A DNA stretch of 64,000 nucleotides, from contig CAZMHM010000005.1 of assembly GCA_964566135.1 (NCBI GenBank), positions 7,995 through 71,994 of the forward strand, given 5' to 3'. Made by a program: the position numbers and the translations under genes. The DNA comes from an uncultured Candidatus Saccharibacteria bacterium (GTDB lineage: Bacteria; Patescibacteriota; Saccharimonadia; Saccharimonadales; CAIOMD01). Shown here in pieces: positions 53,424-61,364 of the stretch (position 1 is the first letter of the stretch; each line of letters starts with the position of its first letter). The notes under the pieces were generated by a model that was not told the DNA's origin, did not search any database, and saw only the letters and a list, made by a program, of their open reading frames with translations.

Positions 53424-53558
53424 CTATTCGCCTACCAACGTCTTAAGGAGTAGGTTTTCCGTTTTTAGATTTTGGTTTTCTGCCTCAAGCGCATCGATTA
53501 TCCGATACATCTCTTCGGCATTCATGATTGCTGCATCTGCGAGTGTTGCACCTTTCAT
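53424..53558 (-). CDS. Unlisted 44-aa coiled-coil-like small ORF
   Basis: MKGATLADAAIMNAEEMYRIIDALEAENQNLKTENLLLKTLVGE. AAGGAGG lies 6 nt before the ATG and a perfect consensus promoter lies upstream. It is below the ORF-track cutoff. Confidence 0.55.
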   Translation of the reverse strand: MKGATLADAAIMNAEEMYRIIDALEAENQNLKTENLLLKTLVGE

Positions 53559-53588
53559 ATAAAACCTCCTTTATTTAGGTTGAGTCAT

Positions 53589-53617
53589 ATTATAGCTCTA
53601 AATTCATATATTGTCAA
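53589..53617 (-). promoter_or_regulatory. Perfect consensus sigma-70 promoter
   Basis: Minus strand reads TTGACA (53617..53612), exactly 17 nt, then TATAAT (53594..53589), about 30 nt upstream of the 44-aa ORF. Confidence 0.65.
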
Positions 53618-53665
53618 TATAAATTTCACTAATTGAATTAATATACTATCTGTTATATTATTTTT

Positions 53666-53682
53666 GTGAATTTATATTTCAC
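53666..53682. promoter_or_regulatory. Palindrome GTGAA-N7-TTCAC overlapping the -35 of the TrmB-like gene (candidate operator)
   Basis: GTGAA (53666..53670) and TTCAC (53678..53682) are reverse complements. A related ATTTCACTAATTGAA lies at about 53622..53636. Confidence 0.4.
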
Positions 53683-53706
53683 AATTTAATGCATATATGC
53701 TATAGT
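53678..53706 (+). promoter_or_regulatory. Candidate promoter giving a leaderless TrmB-like mRNA
   Basis: TTCACA (53678..53683), 17 nt, then TGCTATAGT (53698..53706). Only 6 nt (ACTAGT) follow before ATG 53713, with no SD. Confidence 0.45.
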
Positions 53707-53712
53707 ACTAGT

Positions 53713-54516
53713 ATGATTAATTTATCAGCTGCGGGCCTCAACGAAACAGAGGCCAACGTATATCAAACGTTGCTTAGCAAAAAACTCTGGAAGCCAAGCG
53801 ATTTAGCCAAAAGTGTCGGCGAAACCCGCACAAATATCTATAAAATTTTGGATAAATTGGCCCAGCAGGGTTTGGCGGAAAAGTTTGATCAAGACAAGAA
53901 GATTCATTATCGTGCGGCAAATCCTACTCGCCTGCTACAACTTTCGCAAGAAATTAGGCTCGAAAAAGAGCAGGCAGAAAAAGAGCTCGAACTTAATGCT
54001 CAAAACCTATTGAATGACTACATTAAGACTCACGAGCAACCGGGTATACGGTTTTATATCGGCAAAGAAGAAATCGAGAATGTATACCTCGATCAAGTTG
54101 CCGAAGCTCAACCGATATATTTTATGCTTGCCCCTAACGCAATCGATTACTATGGCTACGATAGAATGACAGAGCTTCGCATGCTAGCTGTAAATGCTGG
54201 AATCCCCCGTTTCGCTTTGACACCGGACAATAAAAACGCAACTAAGAACTATGCAGAGACTGATGCCCAGTTCTTGTTGAGCCGAACATGGCTTGGCTTA
54301 CAGGACTATACTGCTCCACTGGAGTGGGGTGTTTATGGCGATAAGGTTTATTTTGTGACATTTGGCGAGGACGCCATGGGGATGACCATAGATAGTCCTG
54401 CAATGGCAGCAGGATTTATGCAAATATTTAAGCTTATTGAAGATGGCCAAAAAAATAAACCCGACTATGCCAAACTACCGTTAGTTGCTACCTTGCGAAA
54501 AGCTAAGACGCAGTAG
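53713..54516 (+). CDS. TrmB-family winged-helix transcriptional regulator
   Basis: The N-terminus LSAAGLNETEANVYQTLLSKKLWKPSDLAKSVGETRTNIYKILDKLAQQGLAEKF matches the TrmB wHTH pattern. I start it at ATG 53713 rather than 53689. Confidence 0.6.
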   Translation: MINLSAAGLNETEANVYQTLLSKKLWKPSDLAKSVGETRTNIYKILDKLAQQGLAEKFDQDKKIHYRAANPTRLLQLSQEIRLEKEQAEKELELNAQNLLNDYIKTHEQPGIRFYIGKEEIENVYLDQVAEAQPIYFMLAPNAIDYYGYDRMTELRMLAVNAGIPRFALTPDNKNATKNYAETDAQFLLSRTWLGLQDYTAPLEWGVYGDKVYFVTFGEDAMGMTIDSPAMAAGFMQIFKLIEDGQKNKPDYAKLPLVATLRKAKTQ

Positions 54517-55510
54517 ATTGCTGCAAATCTTCGTATAAATTGCGTGCGACCTCGCCTAAGGTACGCTGAATAAGCGTGTGATTTCTTTCAGCAGATGCAC
54601 CACAGTAATCAAACCGTACGTCGGGTCTTTCTGTAGCAAGAACATTAGCTAAATTCCGAGCCGTACGATGAACATAAGGATTATTCGATACCAATAAAAC
54701 CCTGGCATCTTGTATCGGTGGTGCAAGTCGCAACCATTCTTGAAGCGTTGATTCTGTCGTATGTCGAGGTGGGCCGAGGGGACGCTCTACAGCTGGAGCA
54801 TTAATCATAATTACTTTTTTATCGCCATCGCCATGGAACACTTTATGGCTAAAAATATCGGCCCTGCCAAGCTCAATATGCGCCTGGCTAAGTCGCATGG
54901 CAGCACTACCGACGCTAGCGCTTAATGCAACGCGCATAGCCGCGTCTTCATCGAGCGCATCATTCATCTCACTTTTTAGCAGTTGTCCAAGCCATGGATC
55001 TAGCTGCGTACTACCTGCCAGTGCTGCAAGATCTGCTCCTAAGTCAAAAATTTCCCTTCCCTTGAGTTTTCGTACTCCTCCAAGGCTAACTAGGCTGCCG
55101 CCATCAGCAATACTAATATCGCCAGTAGTAAGTTGTTCGTTGAAATAGCCGATTCGCAAGCGATTCGAGTGTTGTTCGCCACCGAGCAATAAGACTTGGT
55201 CATACTCACCACCCTCGGGTTCGATTTCATCAAGCATTCTCATTGCTTCGAAAATCTTCATTGCAGTTGCCTGTTGAGATTCAGATAGTTCAAGTGACTT
55301 TTCTGGAGCATGATGGTCGCCCCGAGCCCAGGGCTGCGTCATGTCGACCACTTCTGCTAGGCTTGCTTTAGACACATCAGATACACCAATAGTTTCAAAC
55401 AATTCCGAAAGAGAATCACCGTATTGAACATAAAATGGTTCGATGATTAGAGGCTTTTTTTCGATTCGTTTTTGTTTGTTACCCGAATCAATTCGAGCAT
55501 CGTTTTTCAT
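54503..55510 (-). CDS. Hypothetical protein, distant paralogue of 52053..52928 (weak YdcF/DUF218-like pattern)
   Basis: 335 aa containing VLLLGGEQHSNRL, TTESTLQEW and VLLVSNNPYVHRTARNL. It is driven by stereotyped promoter copy C. Confidence 0.45.
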   Translation of the reverse strand: MKNDARIDSGNKQKRIEKKPLIIEPFYVQYGDSLSELFETIGVSDVSKASLAEVVDMTQPWARGDHHAPEKSLELSESQQATAMKIFEAMRMLDEIEPEGGEYDQVLLLGGEQHSNRLRIGYFNEQLTTGDISIADGGSLVSLGGVRKLKGREIFDLGADLAALAGSTQLDPWLGQLLKSEMNDALDEDAAMRVALSASVGSAAMRLSQAHIELGRADIFSHKVFHGDGDKKVIMINAPAVERPLGPPRHTTESTLQEWLRLAPPIQDARVLLVSNNPYVHRTARNLANVLATERPDVRFDYCGASAERNHTLIQRTLGEVARNLYEDLQQSTAS

Positions 55511-55516
55511 AAATAT

Positions 55517-55545
55517 AAATTAGCACAAAGTTGCTATTTTGTCAA
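55517..55545 (-). promoter_or_regulatory. Stereotyped promoter copy C (leaderless geometry)
   Basis: Minus strand reads ATTGACAAAATAGCAACTTTGTGCTAATTT, followed by 6 nt (ATATTT) and ATG 55510. The -35 box lies inside the last codons of the cyclase gene. Confidence 0.5.
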
Positions 55546-56223
55546 TCTTGCAGTGCGGGTATCGAGCCAGTTAAAGGTAACCAAAAATAGGTTAATAAAC
55601 GCGAAATTAAAGAAGAAATCCTCTACTGGGATCGTCAAAATTCGTGTACCGATTATGCTAGCTTCGCCATAGGTTATAACTGGCAAAGCAGTCAAAAACC
55701 AGTTGGCGAGTACAAAAATTCCAAAAAGTGCTAGCTGAAAAACCCAGAACCGGCGCGTGAACACTAAACGTGAACTTGCCACCACGATTGCAGCAAGCAA
55801 TGTGGCACACATAGCGGCGGTTGTATAGCCGTTATCTCTGTAAACTACCAATAACGCGATAGCACTACCGACTGCCCCGCTCAGTATCAGTAGCGGCCAA
55901 ATGGTGGCAACGGCGCGGTCGGCAACAAACTTTTTGACGACCCCCCATACGTACATCATGGCAAACGGTACGGTTAGGAAGAATAAAATCTCCTCGAACG
56001 GCAAATGAATAAAACGCGAGCTCAAAACGTAAGCTTCGTTAAATCCCCAGTGGCCCGCGTGAACAGCCCACGAATCCCACAAAATGAACGGTAAACTTAC
56101 CAACAAATACGCACCAATGAGCGAACGCCAGTGGCGATGCGGCTTTACGTCGGTCACAAAGCTCAAAATGAGTACCGGCACAAAGACCAGTAGGTTGAAG
56201 AACAAATAGGTTAACTCACGCAT
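55534..56223 (-). CDS. crtY: Lycopene cyclase, fused CrtYc/CrtYd-type (two lycopene-cyclase domains)
   Basis: 229-aa polytopic membrane protein with two copies of the PxE(E/D) motif (LPFEEILFF and IPVEDFFFNF). Confidence 0.7.
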   Translation of the reverse strand: MRELTYLFFNLLVFVPVLILSFVTDVKPHRHWRSLIGAYLLVSLPFILWDSWAVHAGHWGFNEAYVLSSRFIHLPFEEILFFLTVPFAMMYVWGVVKKFVADRAVATIWPLLILSGAVGSAIALLVVYRDNGYTTAAMCATLLAAIVVASSRLVFTRRFWVFQLALFGIFVLANWFLTALPVITYGEASIIGTRILTIPVEDFFFNFAFINLFLVTFNWLDTRTARLTK

Positions 56224-57052
56224 GTATAGACCTCACGATTGCCCTTGCCACCACTCGGTACTTACTTGGTTTAATCTTCTTATCAAACACCACAAACGGG
56301 TCTTGTGCAAGCTTAAGCGCCGTCCAGTTATACATATCAACCGCTGTTCGCAGCGCAATACGTTGGCTATACGGAATAGCCTTGAAGCCTTTATTAGCCT
56401 CGGCTTGCCACTGATTGTAATACTTTAGTTGTGCTTCTATAAATTCACGATACGAAGCCGGATGGCGCATGGCATTTGTTTGGTTAAGTTTCGGCAAACC
56501 GTGCTTGGCAAGTTCTGACTTTGGAAAATAGCAACGCTTTAACTTTATATCTTCGTCGATATCGCGAATGAAGTTAATGTATTGCATGGCCCTGCCTTGT
56601 AATTTGGCATATTTGTAAGCCTCATTTTTAACACCAAGTAGCTTGGCCATCATAAGTCCAATCACCTCAGCTGAACCATAAATGTACTCGAGAGTATCAT
56701 CGAGCGTTTCGTAGGTTCGCCCCTGTAAATCCATCTTCATAGAGGCCAAAAATGCATCTATCCACGCAAAATCAAAGTCATATTTAATGGCAACATCGTA
56801 CATATTTTGGCAAACCCTCGGTACAATATCGCCTTCTTTTTGACGAATCGTTTTTCCGCTTGCAAGTTTCTTCCAGGTGCGTACTAAACGCTCAAAATTT
56901 TTCTTGTCTTGTGGTTTGTCATCAATAAAATTATCAGCAACGCGCACAAAACTATACAACTTAAATACATCGGCACGCGTAGCCTCAGGAAAGAATTTAC
57001 TGCTCCAGTAATAGGTTGTGCTGCCTGATTTAAAAATCTGCTGCTCTGTCAT
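56216..57052 (-). CDS. crtB: Phytoene synthase
   Basis: YWSSKFF, the Asp-rich motifs SFVRVADNFIDD and YINFIRDIDEDI. It shares 1 nt with the crtI stop and overlaps the cyclase start by 8 nt. Confidence 0.88.
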   Translation of the reverse strand: MTEQQIFKSGSTTYYWSSKFFPEATRADVFKLYSFVRVADNFIDDKPQDKKNFERLVRTWKKLASGKTIRQKEGDIVPRVCQNMYDVAIKYDFDFAWIDAFLASMKMDLQGRTYETLDDTLEYIYGSAEVIGLMMAKLLGVKNEAYKYAKLQGRAMQYINFIRDIDEDIKLKRCYFPKSELAKHGLPKLNQTNAMRHPASYREFIEAQLKYYNQWQAEANKGFKAIPYSQRIALRTAVDMYNWTALKLAQDPFVVFDKKIKPSKYRVVARAIVRSIHA

Positions 57053-58527
57053 TATTTTGGTAGTTTCTCGCCTACTAAGCGGGATACCACCTTACCCGAT
57101 AACACGACTATTGGCACGCCAGTGCCAGGATTAGTATATTGGCCAACAAAGAATAAGTTTTTGACCTTTCGACTTTGCATGCGCGGTCGGAACGGCGCCG
57201 TTTGGCTAAGTGTATGCGCAAGACCAAACGAGTTACCTTTGTAAGCGTTAAATGTATCCTCGAAGTATTCCATATCTTTGATTTCTTTGACCTCGATATC
57301 ATCGGCAAATTTGGTACCCATGCGAGCTTCCATGCGCGCAATAACCGAGCTTATCAGCTCATCGCGGTGCGCATCATCAACCTTTAAGCCGTTGCTAATC
57401 GGAACAAGTATGACAATGTTTTCTTTGCCTTCTGGCGCAATGGTTGGGTCTGATTTACTTGGTGTACCAACGTAAAACAAGGGGCGCGTAACCCAAGTAT
57501 GCGTTTTAAATACTTGCTTAAAGTGCCCGTGCCAATCAGCATCAAAAAACATCGTGTGATGCAGTAAGCCTGGCACCTTCTTTTTGACACCAAGGTAAAT
57601 AAGCAAGCTAGATGGCGAAACAGTTTTCTTGCTCCAATAACGTTCTGAATACGAACGATATTTAGTATTAAGTAACTTAGTTTCTGCATGATGATAGTCG
57701 GCATTCATAACTACCGCATCAGCTGCGATACGCTCTTTGCCAACAAAGACTGCTTTTGCTCCCGAATCGGTTGTTTCAATCTTTGTTACTTCCGCACCGT
57801 AGCGAAACTTCACACCAAGTTCTTTGCAGAGCTTCTCGAACCCATCTACGACTGCGCCAAAGCCTCCAACCGGGTACCAAATGCCAAGGTTTAAATCGAC
57901 ATGCGCAAGCAGGCTGTACACCGCAGGAATATTTTGCGGACTACCACCCATAAAGACCACCATAAACTCAAGTATTTTCTGTAAATCTTCGTTGGTAACC
58001 GTCTTTTTAATACGACTATGGTATGGCCGGATAAGCTCAGGCTTCGTTAAAAAGCTAAGGGCCTTTGGATTAACCATATCTTTAGCGCTAGTATAGTCAC
58101 GCTCTAGTAAGTGTTCGCGGATTTTATCGTATTCTTTATTGGTCTTTTTTAAGAGTTTGCGAACTTTATCGGCTGAGCCAGGTTCTAAATCATCAAATAA
58201 TTGCAGACCACCATCTTTTTGCGAACGTACATCGTGCTTTTCGGTAGTTGTATATACACGGTATGACGGATTGAGCCTTTTAAGCTCATAATAGTCGGAT
58301 GTTTTTTTACCAAAGTCTGCGAAAAAATCATCGAATACGTCTGGCATCATGTACCAGCTTGGCCCAAGATCAAACGTATAGCCCTTCTTTTTGAGCACCA
58401 TTGCCCTACCACCTGGGTGATCATTCTTTTCGAGCACCGTTACGTCGTATCCATCACGCGCTAAATAAGCTGCCGCACTGAGACCGCCAAAACCAGCACC
58501 AACTACTATGATTTTCTTCTTGGACAT
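57052..58527 (-). CDS. crtI: Phytoene desaturase
   Basis: KKIIVVGAGFGGLSAAAYLARDGYDVTVLEKNDHPGGRA (FAD dinucleotide fold) and the C-terminal FFVGQYTNPGTGVP typical of CrtI. Confidence 0.9.
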   Translation of the reverse strand: MSKKKIIVVGAGFGGLSAAAYLARDGYDVTVLEKNDHPGGRAMVLKKKGYTFDLGPSWYMMPDVFDDFFADFGKKTSDYYELKRLNPSYRVYTTTEKHDVRSQKDGGLQLFDDLEPGSADKVRKLLKKTNKEYDKIREHLLERDYTSAKDMVNPKALSFLTKPELIRPYHSRIKKTVTNEDLQKILEFMVVFMGGSPQNIPAVYSLLAHVDLNLGIWYPVGGFGAVVDGFEKLCKELGVKFRYGAEVTKIETTDSGAKAVFVGKERIAADAVVMNADYHHAETKLLNTKYRSYSERYWSKKTVSPSSLLIYLGVKKKVPGLLHHTMFFDADWHGHFKQVFKTHTWVTRPLFYVGTPSKSDPTIAPEGKENIVILVPISNGLKVDDAHRDELISSVIARMEARMGTKFADDIEVKEIKDMEYFEDTFNAYKGNSFGLAHTLSQTAPFRPRMQSRKVKNLFFVGQYTNPGTGVPIVVLSGKVVSRLVGEKLPK

Positions 58528-58538
58528 TACAAACTTTC

Positions 58539-59654
58539 TTATGATTTACGTACTACTAGATATTGTACGAGGTCTAGCAAAAACTGTTTAGTATTTTTAG
58601 GCCAGTTTGTATTTTTTACGATAACTTCCGTCGCCGCATCGGCAGACTTAACAGCTTGCTTGCGGGCATATTCAAGCGCACCGCACTCCGTTAGTATGCG
58701 CTTACAATGCTCATATTCAGCCATTGTTAGCTCTTGGTTGCCAAGGCATTGTTCTAAAAAGTATGCATCGGGCTTACCGGCTTTTTCGAGCGCGTATGCT
58801 ATCAGCATTGTGCGCTTACCTTCTTTAATATCGTCCAGCGGGCTTTTGCCAGTTTCGGTTTCGTCACTAAACGTACCGATAATGTCATCGGTTAACTGGA
58901 ACGTGCGACCCGCATGAATGCCGTATTCGGCAAGCGTTGCGAGTTCACCGGCGTTTGCTCCGGCCAAAATTGCACCAAGCTGCAACGGGTTCACAAACGT
59001 GTAGTAGGCGGTTTTCCATTCAAGGACATTCCATACATCTCGCTCGGTAACATTTGCAACAACCTCGTTAAAAATATCGAGCGTCTGGCCATGCGCGGTA
59101 GCAATAAAACATTTATTAACGTTTTCGATGGCTTTGATTTTAATAGCTGGATCAACATCAAGTTGCGCAAATATATTCATTGCGTAGTGCAGCGCAATCA
59201 AAAAACTGTTTATTGCGATTGCCTCGCCAAAATGTTGCGAATCCCCACTTAAGTAGTTTGATTCGTGATAATCACGCAGAATAATATGCGCTGTTTTGCC
59301 GCCACGACGCGTTAGTGAACGATCTTGGATGTCATCGGCAAGCAAGATATAGGTATTTAAAATCTCGAGCGCACAGGCGGCTTGCATAATGAGCCTGGTG
59401 TCGGTACCACCAAACATTTCGTAGGCAACCATTGCAAGCGAGCCCCTGATTCGCTTTCCACCACGCTCCAAAACAGAGGTAAACGCAGTGACCGCCTCGA
59501 CAGGATACGCGCCAAACTGCTCGGCGGTAGTAGATTCTAGATCTTTTACATAAAACTCTAACGCGACATCTATAGCAGTTTTATACGCCAAAAGCTGCGT
59601 TTGAAAATCACTAATATCTTGGTTATTACTTAACTTAGTTAAGTTTTTTGACAT
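58539..59654 (-). CDS. crtE: Polyprenyl diphosphate synthase, probably GGPP synthase
   Basis: First Asp-rich motif LLADDIQDRSLTRRG and a second motif FQLTDDIIG (third Asp replaced), then GKSPLDDIKEGKRT. Tyr sits five residues before the first motif. It is the first gene of the crt cluster. Confidence 0.7.
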   Translation of the reverse strand: MSKNLTKLSNNQDISDFQTQLLAYKTAIDVALEFYVKDLESTTAEQFGAYPVEAVTAFTSVLERGGKRIRGSLAMVAYEMFGGTDTRLIMQAACALEILNTYILLADDIQDRSLTRRGGKTAHIILRDYHESNYLSGDSQHFGEAIAINSFLIALHYAMNIFAQLDVDPAIKIKAIENVNKCFIATAHGQTLDIFNEVVANVTERDVWNVLEWKTAYYTFVNPLQLGAILAGANAGELATLAEYGIHAGRTFQLTDDIIGTFSDETETGKSPLDDIKEGKRTMLIAYALEKAGKPDAYFLEQCLGNQELTMAEYEHCKRILTECGALEYARKQAVKSADAATEVIVKNTNWPKNTKQFLLDLVQYLVVRKS

Positions 59655-59677
59655 ATATCTACCTTACGTAAATGCTG

Positions 59678-60235
59678 TTAAGAAAACAAGCTATTGTCGG
59701 CCTGCTTAAAGAATTCTTCGGGGGTTGTCATATTATGAATCACTAAATCTGCAATTTTCTCTATTTCGGCTAAGTTAAAATCAGCGTCGCTGGCACCAGT
59801 AGAAAGTTCTTCGGCTTCACGCTGGCGAAATTCCTCAAGTGAGATCTTTACCTCATCGTCGCGCTGGCGTGCTTGCATACGTGCGTAGCGAATTTCAATT
59901 GGTGCATCTACGAATATAACCGTACCGCCCTGCTCTTTAATAGCCTTGGCTTCACCGAGGCTACGGATTCCAGTTATCGAGGCGCCGGCATACGTACGAA
60001 TACTATTGTGATACCTATCGAGTGCGCGCTCTACTAAAATGCCACCACCATATTTATGACGAAGTTCATCGGCAACAACATGCAAAACTGGTCGTTCAAT
60101 GGAGCCTTTTTGCTCTTGGGCAACTTCGCGAACAATATCAGCCGTGCTGACTGTCATAAAGCCATACTTTTCCTCGAGATGCTTGGCAAGAGTATCTTTG
60201 CCGCTGCTAAATGATCCAGAAATGCCCACTATCAT
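59678..60235 (-). CDS. P-loop nucleotide/nucleoside kinase-like protein (dephospho-CoA-kinase-like fold)
   Basis: N-terminal Walker A IVGISGSFSSGKDT in a 185-aa protein. The substrate is not assignable. Confidence 0.45.
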   Translation of the reverse strand: MIVGISGSFSSGKDTLAKHLEEKYGFMTVSTADIVREVAQEQKGSIERPVLHVVADELRHKYGGGILVERALDRYHNSIRTYAGASITGIRSLGEAKAIKEQGGTVIFVDAPIEIRYARMQARQRDDEVKISLEEFRQREAEELSTGASDADFNLAEIEKIADLVIHNMTTPEEFFKQADNSLFS

Positions 60236-60244
60236 ATGAAATCC

Positions 60245-61357
60245 TTATCGAATATAATCTAACAATTTTTTACTGTCTTTGTGCTTGCGAAGTTTCGCAA
60301 GTGCTTTAGCCTCGATTTGACGAATACGCTCACGCGTAACGCTAAATTCTTGGCCAACTTCCTCTAATGTATGGCTCTTGCCGTCTTCTAGGCCGAAACG
60401 CAAACGAATTATCTTTTGCTCGCGTTCGCTCAAGCTACCGAGTAAATCTTTTACTTGCTCTTTTAAAAGCTGGTTTGTAGCTGATTCCTCAGGGGTAATT
60501 GTATCTTCGTCTTCGACAAAGTCACCAAGCACAGAATCTTCTTCGTCATCGCGAACACTTTGGTCAAGACTATGAATATCTTGCTTGATCTTCATAATGT
60601 GTTCAACTTTTTCAACCTCGATATCCATCTCTTTGGCGATTTCTTCGTTGGTTGGTTCGCGGTTGAGTTCTTGGGTTAAGCGGCGCTGTGTACGGAGCAA
60701 CTTGTTGATCGTTTCAACCATGTGAACCGGGATGCGAATAGTACGAGCTTGGTCGGCAATGGCGCGAGTAATCGCTTGGCGAATCCACCACGTTGCATAG
60801 GTACTAAACTTAAAGCCCTTGTCTGGGTCAAACTTTTCAACTGCGCGCAGCAAACCGGTGTTACCTTCTTGGATAAGATCCAAAAGATCCAGGCCACGGC
60901 CAACGTAGCGCTTAGCGATTGATACGACCAAACGCATGTTTGCTTCGGCCATTTTATCTTTTGCTCGTTTATCGCCAGATACAACTTCATGCGCAAGCTT
61001 TAGTTCTTCTTCGGCAGTTAATAGGGGGATTTTACCGATTTCACGAAGATATAAGCGAACAGAGTCATCAGCAACATCATCTAAATAGGCATTCTGATCA
61101 ACAAAAACTTCTTCCTCTTCGTCCTCTGCCACCCACTCGTCGCTAAACACCTCGGCAGTTGGCTCATCGAGCACTACCAAATCAATGCCAGCCTCAATCA
61201 TCTCTGCATATAATGCATCAAGTACATCGAGGTTCTCTGGAGTATCAGCGATTTCTTTAAAAATCGCCTTTTGATCAAGCTTACCGTCTTTCTTACCTTG
61301 TTCGAGCAGCTTTACTTTTGCTGCACTAATATCTATAACTTGTTCGTCGTCTGCCAC
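60245..61357 (-). CDS. rpoD: Primary RNA polymerase sigma factor (sigma-70)
   Basis: [41 protein letters not shown] (region 2) and region 4 [23 protein letters not shown]. Confidence 0.93.
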   Translation of the reverse strand: MADDEQVIDISAAKVKLLEQGKKDGKLDQKAIFKEIADTPENLDVLDALYAEMIEAGIDLVVLDEPTAEVFSDEWVAEDEEEEVFVDQNAYLDDVADDSVRLYLREIGKIPLLTAEEELKLAHEVVSGDKRAKDKMAEANMRLVVSIAKRYVGRGLDLLDLIQEGNTGLLRAVEKFDPDKGFKFSTYATWWIRQAITRAIADQARTIRIPVHMVETINKLLRTQRRLTQELNREPTNEEIAKEMDIEVEKVEHIMKIKQDIHSLDQSVRDDEEDSVLGDFVEDEDTITPEESATNQLLKEQVKDLLGSLSEREQKIIRLRFGLEDGKSHTLEEVGQEFSVTRERIRQIEAKALAKLRKHKDSKKLLDYIR

Positions 61358-61364
61358 TAAATTC

